DNA of 63,049 nt, counting the filler, from Globobulimina sp. (Eukaryota): NCBI GenBank assembly GCA_003354225.1. It is 47 parts of 47 records of this genome, joined end to end, with 100 filler letters (N's around TTAATTAATTAA, not from the genome) between each part and the next. Parts side by side here need not be neighbours in the genome. Positions count along the whole stretch, not along the records: positions 12,102 to 13,345 come from PIVH01020228.1; positions 13,446 to 14,689 come from PIVH01020229.1; positions 14,790 to 16,033 come from PIVH01020230.1; positions 16,134 to 17,377 come from PIVH01020231.1; positions 17,478 to 18,721 come from PIVH01020232.1; positions 18,822 to 20,065 come from PIVH01020233.1; positions 20,166 to 21,409 come from PIVH01020234.1; positions 21,510 to 22,753 come from PIVH01020235.1; 39 more parts are not named here. One strand, given 5' to 3'. Below, piece after piece: positions 12,269 to 24,197 of this stretch. A model generated the notes under the pieces. It worked only from the letters and a program-made list of their open reading frames with translations, ran no database searches and was not told the DNA's origin. How positions within the stretch are numbered: the first letter of the stretch is position 1; every line of letters starts with the position of its first letter. A program made the translations under genes and the position numbers.

Positions 12269-13319
12269 TATTGTGTGTGTATTGCATCAATCAGATAGGT
12301 TCTAAAAGGAAAGACTTCAATTCTTTGATTTGACAAAGTTACAAATTGCCAAATTTTCACTTTTTAAAAAAGTTGATCGTAAGATTTTATTTTGTTTGTT
12401 ATGTGAATTGAAGAATGTATTTTGTTGTTTGGCGTGATATAGATAGCTCTACAAAGAATTTCAAACAGTTTCATTAACAGCAGATTTTTTAAAGTTAAGG
12501 GTGACATGATGCCTGGTCTCTGTTTTTTACACAATAATAATTTACAACCGAAAAGTCCATATTTTATATCATCAATCATATCGATCTTAGAAACAGAAAA
12601 TAAGGCTGAAAATAAAATGTAAATATACGCAAAGAGTATATGAAAAAGAACTAAAATGTATTTATTCATGCAAATAACACATACGATCGAAATATCAAAA
12701 TAAAATTCAGTAAAAATTAAATCAATTATTTGATGAGAATAACAATAATGATAATGATGTTAAGAAACAAAAATATGATCATACAGTGTTTGGTTGTAAA
12801 AATAAGAATATTGGAAGTAATTTAGAGTTATTATTCTGAACCGTTCCAGCAACAGATTATATGATTATGCATATTACGTGTAATTAAATTGGAAAAATGG
12901 TTTTATACGTTTCGTGGCGTAACATTCCATACTTGTTTACCACACACAATAAATTAATATTTGATAATAATTCTATTGTTTTCATGGATTGTTTTCTTTG
13001 CTTTTTTTGTAGGCGATGATAGCGCTTTTATTTTTGTTGCATATGTATATGTATATGGTCAAAATAAAAAAAACAGAGACGAGAGACCATGACAACCTTA
13101 ACTTCATAAAATCTGCTTTTAATGTTGTTTATATTGTAAAGTTGTTTATATTGTTCAAAACAACAAAATATATGCATAAATGCAGATAACAAACAAAATA
13201 GAAACTGGTGATCAGCTTTTCAAAAAAGTGAAAATTTGGTGATTTCTAACTTTGTCAAATCGAGGAATTGAAGTCTTTCCTTTTAGAACCTGTCTGATTG
13301 ATACAATACACACACAATA
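12269..13319. mobile_element. About 1.05-kb non-coding element bounded by about 110-nt imperfect inverted repeats
   Basis: 12269-12378 is the reverse complement of 13210-13319 (shared ggttctaaaaggaaagacttcaattc). Confidence 0.8.
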
Positions 13320-13445
13320 ACAAACACACAATAACAAACACACAANNNNNNNNNNNNNNNNNNNNNNNNNNNNNNNNNNNNNNNNNNNNTTAATTAATTA
13401 ANNNNNNNNNNNNNNNNNNNNNNNNNNNNNNNNNNNNNNNNNNNN

Positions 13446-14115
13446 GCGGTACGCAATTTCGCAACATATGGGAGGGCGTTTTGGCATACCTGACTTGGGA
13501 GAAACCTTTGTTTAGATGGCCAAACGCATTGTCATCGGCCATTTCGATGGTTTCTAGGATGACGCCGGTGATTAACAACAGCACCGTGTATGGCAGAGGT
13601 ATATGGAATCTATGCTGCAAGTATTTCAATAGAACGCCTATGAATAATACGAATGCGCAGTATAACACAAGGTAGACACCGTCGGGGATATGTTCATGTT
13701 CTTCGTGGTTGCCATCGTGAGTACAATTGAGGTCGTTGAATAGTTCAAGTTGGCTGGATATGTTTGCAAAGGATTCCGAGATTTGTGAAGTTGTATTACA
13801 ATTCCATGAGCCTTCGTTTGTTAAGGTTTGCAAGCGTCGACGGGTTGTGTTTGCATTTGTGATTGAAATATTTATCCAATGGGAATGTTCTTGATAGGTT
13901 GTGACAATTTCATCCATATGGGCTGAGATTTGAGATAGTCGGAAATTGTCGGTGGAATGTATGTTGGATTCAGATAACCAACGTCTATCAATCAATACGT
14001 TGGTATCTTGTTGAGATAATTCTGCGTCGTCATAGTCGTTTGATTCGACACATAGGCTTGTAAATATGCAGGAAATTAACATATATTTCATGATTTGCGG
14101 CTGAATGACAACCAT
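13446..14115 (-). CDS. CPA1 Na+/H+ exchanger (SOS1/NHE-like), N-terminus
   Basis: Signal-like N-terminus, then VLFIGVLLKYL..IPLPYTVLLLITG; GTATG donor near 13490. Confidence 0.8.
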
Positions 14116-14239
14116 GCTGATATTGCGTGATGATGGTTAGTTTAAATTACAGTGAAAAACATCAACATTAATTAAAGCATCCTCGCTTTATATAGGTTTA
14201 ATAGTAATTTGATTGGAACTGTTTATAGTTTATACCAAT

Positions 14240-14467
14240 ATGTCACGTCGTAGAGGAAGAGGAAATCGTAGGTTGCAATTGGAAAAAGCAATGCAAGAAC
14301 AAAGGTCTTTGGAATCCGAACTTGAGAAATTAAATACCGCCGAAGATCAGGAAGCGAGAGCTAAGGAAATAAAACGAGATGTAATTAATTGTGGGGATGA
14401 TCCGATGTTATCGGATGAGAATCCATTCAAGATTGATGGACCGGATTGTAAATGTACCATTCTTTGA
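14240..14467 (+). CDS. Heterotrimeric G-protein gamma subunit
   Basis: 75 aa with coiled coil, DPML, NPF and C-terminal CaaX CTIL. Confidence 0.88.
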   Translation: MSRRRGRGNRRLQLEKAMQEQRSLESELEKLNTAEDQEARAKEIKRDVINCGDDPMLSDENPFKIDGPDCKCTIL

Positions 14468-15074
14468 TATTTAACTAATGTCAATGTCCAATAATGAACT
14501 ATCAATATCATTCCATTATAACATTTATAAGCATATTGTCGATATCAGTCGCTTTATGCCATGCGAAAATGCGGGTGCTTTAATTTCTTTTTTTTTTAAT
14601 TCATTTTTCTAAGTGTTTATTGTTGTTTATATAATATAATATAGTATAGCTTCTGTTTTGTCACTTTTGTTTTTGTGTTTGTTTTTTAANNNNNNNNNNN
14701 NNNNNNNNNNNNNNNNNNNNNNNNNNNNNNNNNTTAATTAATTAANNNNNNNNNNNNNNNNNNNNNNNNNNNNNNNNNNNNNNNNNNNNTAAAACGTTGA
14801 AATAACTGACTGTAAAGTTGATATAATGAAATATAAATTATATAGACGGCGCAGCAGCAGCTTGCAACTTGACACTTGAGACCCTATTTCTGGGTGGTCC
14901 AATTCTACTTAATTAATTGTTAATTAATTAGTCATTGATTATTTTTAATTGATATCTTTGATTAATTAGTCAATCGCTAATTAAAATTAATGATTTGTTG
15001 ACACACAAAAATTTAACTAACTATAAATAGCTAGGAAATTTCATGCACATATCATTGTAAAATTATTTTTCATT

Positions 15075-16033
15075 ATGTTAACAAAATCTAAGAAGGAGAT
15101 TCTTGCAAAACTATTCTATGATAAATCAACTGGTTTTGTTTCGGCCAAGAAACTTTGGTTGCAAGTAAAGAAAGAAAACTCAACTGTTACACAAGAAGAT
15201 GTCAAACGATATTTGTCAACTCAACCAGCTTATGCAAGACATAAACAAGTACCAAAACCGAAAACATCTATTTGGAATCGATGGATCCTTGCTTCAAATC
15301 CTGGTCAACTTGTGGCAATTGATGGATGGTTTCTTGGCACTGGTACAAAATCACAATTTCAACATGCCCTCGTTGCAGTTGATGCATTTAGTAAATTTGC
15401 AGCTGTACAACCTATCAGAAATATGACAGCTGAAAACACAGCAAAAGCTATGGAAAAAATTATAAAAAATTTTAAATTTACAATTATTTCTACATACTCA
15501 GACCGTGGAAAAGAATTTGTTGGGAAACCATTTCGAGATATGATGAATCGATACAAAATTAGACAGATATTTACATCTGGTAACAATCCATCAAAAACTG
15601 CATTGGCTGAATCATTGATTCGTTCATTGAGAATTATACTAGGTCGACTTGTAACAAGTGGAGAATCTGGATGGAGTGCAGTAAAACATGCACTTGCCAT
15701 TTATAATAACTCTCCTCATCGTTCCATTGGAAACAAAACACCAAACAGTGTCACAAAGGCAAATGCAGGAAAATTTTTAAAATTTGTGACAGACAAGAGA
15801 GAGAAATTTATGGATAAACCTAAAATGCTAGCTCCACCAAAATTTGAAGTTGATGATGTTGTAAGACTTTTGGAACTAAATAAACAAGGAGCTTTCGATA
15901 AAATTAACATACCACGATGGAGCAAAGAATTGTATCGAGTATATAAAGTGTTGCACACTATCCCAAGACCCAGTTACATTCTGTCCAATCCAGTGAACGG
16001 TGCTATTTTGCCTGGAAGTTATCCAGAAAAATC
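15075..16033 (+). mobile_element. Polinton/Maverick-type (rve) integrase, 3' partial
   Basis: FYDKSTGFVSAKKL..VKRYL N-terminus; AID, SDRGKEF and AESLIR DDE triad; YNNSPHRSIG; PKFEVDDVVR..FDK..PRWSKELY. Confidence 0.9.
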
Positions 16034-16629
16034 NNNNNNNNNNNNNNNNNNNNNNNNNNNNNNNNNNNNNNNNNNNNTTAATTAATTAANNNNNNNNNNN
16101 NNNNNNNNNNNNNNNNNNNNNNNNNNNNNNNNNAATGGTGAATGTGAGTGATATTATATTATTCCACAGGATATCACAAATGCAATTAATGCGGTTCGAC
16201 AAATGAAATGTCTGAGTTTAAAACTAATCCAAAACCAATTATTTTCAATGAAGATCCTGATTTTAAGTTCAATTCAAGTTCAAATAATATGAAATCGGCA
16301 ATTTCAGGACATGCCTCAGGGGGTTATTATAATCAAGGTGCTAACGATTATGATCATGGATATCAATCACCTCCAACAGATCGGGCCATTAATACCAATG
16401 AAAAAGCTGCATTTTTTGAGGCTGTAGAAACTTATACAAAAAAATATTTTTACGAAGTGAGCGAGTAATCATAAATATAATAAATGTCTTCAAGTACAAT
16501 CTTTAAAATAAAATAATTCATAATAAAAAAATTAAAACAGCTAGGAAAAAAATAAAAAAATAAAGTAGAAAGTAGCTTTTTCGAATTCATGAATATCCAG
16601 TGTTTGAATCGGAATTTGTTGATTTACAT

Positions 16630-17377
16630 TCACGGCACATCCTCACATTGCCCAATGCTTATACTGTCACTATTACTTATACTCGTTTCTATAGCCACAT
16701 CAACTGTGCATGTACTACTTGTCATGGGCTCATCTTCCGCATCATTCCCAGTCTCATTCACTTTGGTCATTTCAACCCCGTATTCATCCGTTATATCATT
16801 TATAATTTCATCACAATCATCAAAATATTCCGTATGAATCAGCGTCGTATTATTATTATTGTTCGCTGCAGCAAAATCCAGATTATTTTGTGTATTACCC
16901 GGTGACACATAATAAGTTGAACTTTTCTTATTTTTTTTATGATTTTCAACCACTTTGACGTTCCGAACATGACTGTTTTCTCTCTCCGTCATGTGCCCAA
17001 ACATGGACATAATATGCATCATCGATTTATTATCATTATTGCTGTCCGAACAATACTTTTTATCTTCTGCCTCATTCTCGCGTTCCAAGTTTCTTTCATA
17101 TTCCTCATACTTTGCATTTTTTAACTTTACATTGGCCACAAACAAATTTTTCGGCGACTCACAATCGCGCGCTTCCATTGGTATATACTCCTCAAAATTC
17201 CGCAATGTACTAAATTTAACAAAGTGGTCGTGTCCATGTTTGGTACCAGATCCACGAATCATTTCTTGTATGCTTTTCCATTTTTGTTTGGCCTCCAATG
17301 AGTTATAATTTTCCTTCAAAACCTCAACAATGTCATCAATATCAAGCACATAAAACTCACTCCAGGTCAGACACCGA
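16630..17377 (-). CDS. Hypothetical protein, 5' partial
   Basis: ORF open to the contig edge, with an acidic low-complexity tail. Confidence 0.55.
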
Positions 17378-17477
17378 NNNNNNNNNNNNNNNNNNNNNNN
17401 NNNNNNNNNNNNNNNNNNNNNTTAATTAATTAANNNNNNNNNNNNNNNNNNNNNNNNNNNNNNNNNNNNNNNNNNNN

Positions 17478-18694
17478 TGTGCATCGGGTGTCATCACATT
17501 AGTAAGTTGTTCTGCATATTTCTGTTCATGTTCTACTGCTAAATTGCGTGATATATGCAACGAAGTAGAGGTCGAACAAAACAGCCAAATCGCAATATCT
17601 TCCCATTGTTCATGAATCCATTTATCACTCCCCGGTGATTTCCATGGTTTAAAAGTGCAAAAGTGTAAAAAAAACGGATCTTCCGCTAAAGTAGTTTTAT
17701 CAATATAGGACAACCTCGAAAATTTGCTATGTATATGCGTCCATTCAGAGTCTCCAAACTCACCGTTAGCAGTCATATAAAATTTGGTTAAAAACTTCTC
17801 ATCTGCTCCAAGAAAACATTTCCGATCTCCAATCCCGTGATTGTTTCTTTGCGAATATTTTAACTGTTTCAAAATATCATTAAACGTATTTTCGGAGGGT
17901 TCCACCATAAATAAACAGCCTCTCATCCCCCAATGCCTCTGATACGATCGCCTGACATCGCAATTTGGCACTTTGTTGCCATGTTTCTCGTTTTGTAACG
18001 TATTATTGAGCTCGCTGTAAAGGGAGCACATTCCGGCCGGACATGATAACTTAAATAATTGATCCGGATTTGTCAAACATATTTGGTCAGCATCTAACAT
18101 TATAATTCGACTGTATTTTATCAACATAAATACATAATATTTGTTAAACGCTGTATCGATCCAATCATAAATGCCGGACTCTGCGTATCTTTTCCACCGT
18201 TTCTGTATTGCAGTGTAACTTAACTTGTTTGGAATGACAAACTTTTCCGTAAAAAGCTTGGTTAAAGCAATTAATTCGCCATACTGTGCATCTATTTCTT
18301 GGTCAATAATAATGACACGATCTGCTTTGGAGCCACATGTCATCAATGACCAGGCCAATGTGAAAGCGCCGCATAAATATTCCGGATTGTTAATGACCAT
18401 CGTGGCATACGCACATTTCTCAGAGGATACGGATAGTGGTTGTTGCTGCGTATCACCATTGTGGCCAAATGAACGGGCTTTGGGTCTGATGCCATTATTT
18501 TTATGAGTATTGTATGATCTGTTGTATTGTTGTTGTGGTTGCGGGAATCTATGGGATGACGAGGCTTTGTTAGATTTGTTGTATTGTTGTCGGGGTTGCA
18601 ATTGATTGTATCTCCTATTATTGCTACGATTGCCTCTGCGACCTCCACTGTTCCATTTGTGATTATTGTAATTATTATGCTTATTTCTAGACAC
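17478..18694 (-). CDS. Glycosyltransferase family 8 (glycogenin/p13-like) with N/Q/R-rich N-terminus
   Basis: AYATMV..YLCGA..LAWSL; LDAD (DxD); GADE; HF..KPW. Confidence 0.88.
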
Positions 18695-18821
18695 ATTCTC
18701 TATTACTTCTTCATTATTTGCNNNNNNNNNNNNNNNNNNNNNNNNNNNNNNNNNNNNNNNNNNNNTTAATTAATTAANNNNNNNNNNNNNNNNNNNNNNN
18801 NNNNNNNNNNNNNNNNNNNNN

Positions 18822-19329
18822 GTCTATTTCCACTCCCTTCTTTTCCATCCTTCCATACGCCGTATAATGAACATTTTATTTTATTTCTTTTTCTTGTTTC
18901 ACTTAAAATATCCAATAAACCACATAATGGAAATTGATATGAACACCCTCGCCAAATATCTGTACATGTAATAACAATATGATTCAAATTTGGAAATAAA
19001 TTTATCAAATTACTCTTTGGATAAGATGTAACAAGTAAATACAAATTTATATTTAATGTTTTTTTACTATATCTAAACATATTAAATGTATCCTCAATAT
19101 ATGATGGGATTGATTTGTCGATCGGATTTAAATAATAAACCAATTATATCGGCATCTTTAATATATATAATAATCCTTTGATAACTCGTTGAATTGATTT
19201 GCATTCATTGATTGTTTTGCATTTGCATTTATTACTATCATCGATATCATTCATTTCTGTGTTTAAAAAGAAAGTAAAATCAATGTATGGTTTGGCTGTT
19301 TTGATACTTTTATTATCATTTGGTAACAT
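18822..19329 (-). pseudogene. Degraded hypothetical gene
   Basis: Two same-frame ORFs split by TAA at 19144-19146. Confidence 0.4.
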
Positions 19330-19568
19330 TTTGGTTGTTGTTGTTGATTATTGTCCATCACCATCGAAATTATTCGTCTTGAAATGTTAACTAATCCGAA
19401 GATAACTAAACTAATTTTAGTTTAACGATATATTCCGACGATAACTGGTTAACCCAATTACTGACCGTAGCTAATCCGTAACTGACTACTGATGGAATAT
19501 TTTTTTTGAAAAGGCGTTGCTGTGATGTACTGTTGTACTCAGTGAAAAAACACTCTCTTTACACCATA

Positions 19569-20065
19569 ATGTTTGGTGCAGCTTCAGCTGAAGACCGTAA
19601 AAAATGGAAGGTCGGATCGGCTCTGATGATATACTCCCGATCAGAGGATTATTGGTATAATGGTACTGTAAAACAAATAACTGGTCAAGAAAAAAAAGAA
19701 TGGCTTATAATAAAGTATGATAATGAGAAAAAACAAAAAAAAATGAAACGAAATTCCAAAGATTTAAATATTGATTATTTTGATGGAGAATATAGTGATT
19801 CAAAAGAAGATGAACCATCGCAAGCATCAGCAGCATCGGACAGTATTGAAACCTCTTCGACGTCGACGGATGACAATGCTCAGTCAAATGCATCATCCTC
19901 ATCCTCCAGCTCTTCATCGTCGTCTTCGAGTTCTTCTTCGTCAGACTCTGACAATGATAGATCAAAAAAGAAAATAAAAAAAGCAAAGAAAATAAGGAAA
20001 AAAGCCACAAATAAAACAAAGAGTAAAGATAAAAAAGCAAAGAAAAATATTAAAAAAAAAATCCC
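19569..20065 (+). CDS. Small aromatic beta-domain (Tudor/Agenet-like) protein with poly-Ser and Lys-rich tail
   Basis: WKVGS..IYSRS..W..G.V..I..EWLIIKY pattern. Confidence 0.6.
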
Positions 20066-20280
20066 NNNNNNNNNNNNNNNNNNNNNNNNNNNNNNNNNNN
20101 NNNNNNNNNTTAATTAATTAANNNNNNNNNNNNNNNNNNNNNNNNNNNNNNNNNNNNNNNNNNNNAGAGGCAATAGAGTGAGGACTATTTATTAATCCAC
20201 GCTGCTGGCAAGCAATCCTCTTAGACATAAGTAGACTTGAAATGTAACGGTCTCGAAAAAAACTTAGTTGGGCATAGTCT

Positions 20281-20405
20281 AATGGATCAATCGAAATTTT
20301 ATAGTATGTTAAAAATGGATCAATATATAATTTCCTTCGGCTACGCCTCGGAAATCATTTCTATTGATCCATTTTTTACATACTATAAAATTTCATTGAT
20401 CCATT
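20281..20405. repeat. Long palindrome (about 55-nt arms) with central TTCGGCTACGCCTC
   Basis: aatggatcaatcgaaattttatagtatgt... pairs with ...acatactataaaatttcattgatccatt. Confidence 0.85.
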
Positions 20406-20457
20406 CAACACTCCAAAATCATGTTAATTGATTGCACTCGACTCGACCCCGTTAGTT

Positions 20458-20670
20458 GGAAGGAAAATAGGTTAATAATAAAATGTTAAAGGTAACATTT
20501 AACTTTTTTGCTTTTCAATTTGAAATTACTGTTTTTTACTGTAAACTCTTTGAATTTACAGTTTTTTACATATTATTCAAAATGAAAACGTTGAAAGTCA
20601 AAATTGAATTGTTAAAGGTTGTGTTTCATCGGGAACCATTCACATTTTATTATTAACCTATTTTCCTTCC
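20458..20670. mobile_element. 213-nt MITE with perfect 29-nt TIRs and 8-10-nt TSD
   Basis: TIR GGAAGGAAAATAGGTTAATAATAAAATGT at both ends; CGTTAGTT duplicated at 20450-20457 and 20671-20678. Confidence 0.92.
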
Positions 20671-21095
20671 CGTTAGTTGCAACTTCTGATGACTTACAAC
20701 CGATAGATATCATTACAAAAATTATATGTGACATTTGTTGAATTTGTTGAATTTGTGGTCATAAATCATTTTGCTTTTAGTGGAATGCATCGTTTTATGA
20801 ATAATTTTAACATTTGGTTTAAATTCCAAATCGGATAATAATTGCAAACGGAGATTGTGACGGAAAACGTTTAGAAATAATTGATTTGGATAAGTTATGC
20901 ATCGTTGCAAGACATTACATTTATTATTATTTATTATTGACCAATCACACTGTTCCAGTTTGTTTGTTTGTTTGGATGTTAGAATACATGCTGATTTTAA
21001 ATGTAAATCAACAAAACAAAATAAAATTAACTATCAATTCTCAATCAATCAATCAATTTATTTATTTGTCATTTACTATTTATTATAAATTTAAT

Positions 21096-21354
21096 ATGTC
21101 TGGAAAAGGAAAGCGAGGCAGAGGTAAAGGAAAAGGAAAAGGAAAACAAGTTTCTCGCTCAGCCAGAGCAGGTTTACAATTCCCAGTTGGTCGCTTGGCC
21201 CGTTATTTGCGAAAAGGAGGTTATTCCAAAAGAGTGGGCGGCGCCGCACCAGTTTATATGGCAGCTGTTTTAGAATATATTGTGGCCGAAGTATTGGAGT
21301 TGGCCGGCAATGCTGCCAAAGATAATAAGAAATTGCGGATTATCACAAGACATA
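21096..21354 (+). pseudogene. H2A: Histone H2A truncated after RIITRH by an insertion
   Basis: [36 protein letters not shown]; homology ends at TA|CAGTAG. Confidence 0.88.
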
Positions 21355-21409
21355 CAGTAGTGTTCCCGATAAGAGGTACGCATATTAGTACTAATATATA
21401 TATTAGTTG
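21355..21409 (+). mobile_element. Putative DNA-transposon terminus (Tc1/mariner/pogo-like, TA target)
   Basis: TA|CAGTAGTGTTCCCGAT; an identical 18-mer occurs at 30178-30195. Confidence 0.65.
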
Positions 21410-23035
21410 NNNNNNNNNNNNNNNNNNNNNNNNNNNNNNNNNNNNNNNNNNNNTTAATTAATTAANNNNNNNNNNNNNNNNNNNNNNNNNNNNNNNNNNN
21501 NNNNNNNNNCCGCATGATCTTTTCTAACCTGGGTAGTAATCTTTAGCTATTATGATTCTACCTAATTTTCGCCTCCTTTAGAAAGAAAGGGGCAAAATCA
21601 CCACATTCCCATAATATTATCCCATGATAGGAGACATAGCATTTAGAAAGGGGAGGAAACGGGTAAACAATAAATGGGGGGAAAAGATAATCTATCACCC
21701 AACAGTCCACAAATTAGCAATTCGAAAAAAAAAAATTCCGACTGCCATGACCATCCATTCGACAAAAACCCATTCAGTGCATGAGAAAATTGACAGCAGT
21801 CCCACCTTCACTTCAAAAATTTAAAAAAATGGTAAGGGCAATAATTGAGCCAGAATGTCCGACAGATTACGCATATATCATAATGGACGCACAGCCTCAT
21901 AACCCTGCCCATTAGCCATTTTTTTTACATAACTGGGCCCTATGTTTTGTTGCCTACCTCCCGAGTAACTAGCACTCCAGAATTGACAAGATCCCGGTGC
22001 CCATCGCTCAGAATAGTCACAACTGATAGATGTTTGTTACTCTAAGTATTATCATTTAAGGAAGCCTGACGCAAAACTTAATAGGAGATTCCCCCAGTAA
22101 CTATGCATGATCTTAAGATAGAGAAAATTAAGAAATGAGGGAGTCACTAATTCTGATTACGTCTCACTGCACTATTATGAATCAAACAGATGATTGGTCA
22201 GCCCATCCGATCGTATCCTCATCCACCAAATCCAGTGCTGACTCATAAACCAAAATATTCATTATGGTCAGATGGTATTATCACTAATTTAGGACTGGAA
22301 TTGTGACTTTTCCCAAAAACAAAGATCTCATATAATACCACAATTTCCTTAATACTCCCAATTTTATTTAATTACTCAAATTGATTATGATAGCCCAAAA
22401 GTCTCCTTTTATATATAATTTTACTCATTAGTAGTAGTTTAGCCAAAATATAAAGATCAGCCCTCCCATAATAAATCCCGCCTAAGCTATAACTACTAAC
22501 AGACAAATCCTCTGGTCGCGATCCAGGAATAGTATTGTCAGTATTATAATTGACAGATTGTATAGTTAGCTCTGGCAGTATAGGTAGGCTACATAAATCT
22601 ACATCATTAGCTACTACAAATTGCTGAATATTAAACATTTGAAAAATAATTTGATAGTAATTTAATATGATTGTTAGAAAAAACAACTTGTCACCTAGCA
22701 CATTATCAGGCAATTGCTCATAGTCCATAGAAATCAATGACCATTTATTCAACNNNNNNNNNNNNNNNNNNNNNNNNNNNNNNNNNNNNNNNNNNNNTTA
22801 ATTAATTAANNNNNNNNNNNNNNNNNNNNNNNNNNNNNNNNNNNNNNNNNNNNTGTACGGATATTGGAGCCATATTTGCAATTACGTTATTCAAAAGAAG
22901 GCATTCTTGAACAGGGAATTGTAAATCGTACATATGTTATAACGGCTCACGGTATTCGGTCTATGTATAAGTTGCTTTGTTATTAAAAAAATCACTGTTT
23001 ATTTACATAGATATCAACTATATTACATTAGTTAC

Positions 23036-24033
23036 TTACATATATGTGAATAAAGTGTCTAATTTTTGACAATATGATGGTTCCCCTGCTATGATTGCCA
23101 AGTCACCAAGTTCACTATGTAAAATAAATTCTTCCAGAGTTCTCATTTCTTCGACAAACTTCCGTAGTGCAGGACTTATTTGAGAGTTTTTTAGAAATTT
23201 ATATTGAGGGATTTGATGAACGAATTCCAAAAAGTATTTGGCCTCCCTCGGTGTAGTGATTGTCAACGATTTTTTGCAATCGAAAATGTTTTCCAGTTCC
23301 CCGATATAGTAAAATCCGTCAACTTCGTACCTTCCAAGAGGGCCAAGTTTTAAATTAGTTAGTTCATCATTTAGTTTTAAGAAGTCTGAAAAATGTATTT
23401 TAACACATGGATTCGATAGTTTGATGTAGTTGACAACTTTACAACCTGACATTTTAGGTATACCCAAGTAAAACGAATAGTCCATAGATAAATCTGTAGC
23501 ACTTTCTATACGAAAAGTTAAATTTTTCATTCTCGATTCGCGTAAGTTCTTAAATAAAGTATCATAAAAAAAATCGCAATATCGGTAAGGGAAAGAATAT
23601 GGAAAATCCAACCCCATGGGATCTTTGTGTGACCTGATGAACAGTTTTTCCTTACAATACTGTGTAAATTCGTCTATAGCTATCCCTCCTTCTATAGACC
23701 ATTCTGAACATTGAAGGCAAAATAATTGTACTAATTTTGTAAAGTAAGTATTTTCTATAGGTTCGTTCTCAATTCGTTCCATAATGAAGGAGGCATATTC
23801 GAAGGCATCTTTAACCAATATTTGAGCCACTGTTGATAGTCCAATGTACACATTGAAGTACATTCTTGTCTACAAGAACAAATTAGTACATATTTTACGT
23901 TATTTTTAACAAAACTGCATACATTGAAATACTTTACAAGTTGAGGCACAGGAAAATCTTTGTCTTCGATGTCCGCGCTGTCTGAATCTTGTCCAGAACA
24001 GCTATCGGAGTCACTGTTGAAACTCTCAGACAT
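23036..24033 (-). CDS. Hypothetical protein(s); two overlapping ORFs, possibly one frameshifted gene
   Basis: ORFs 23755-24033 and 23036-23863; no motif recognised. Confidence 0.45.
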
Positions 24034-24197
24034 TATGAATCTTTTTTAAAACAACCAATCAAAGATTAGCAACGTCTCACGTGACCTAAATAAAAGTNNN
24101 NNNNNNNNNNNNNNNNNNNNNNNNNNNNNNNNNNNNNNNNNTTAATTAATTAANNNNNNNNNNNNNNNNNNNNNNNNNNNNNNNNNNNNNNNNNNNN

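Noticed and set aside
19144-19146. TAA readthrough or alternative genetic code
   Set aside because: Well-conserved genes here (RidA, GH15) end in TAA and have no internal stops; a pseudogene is simpler.
21510-22753. Possible degenerate retroelement
   Set aside because: Only short ORFs and no recognisable motif.
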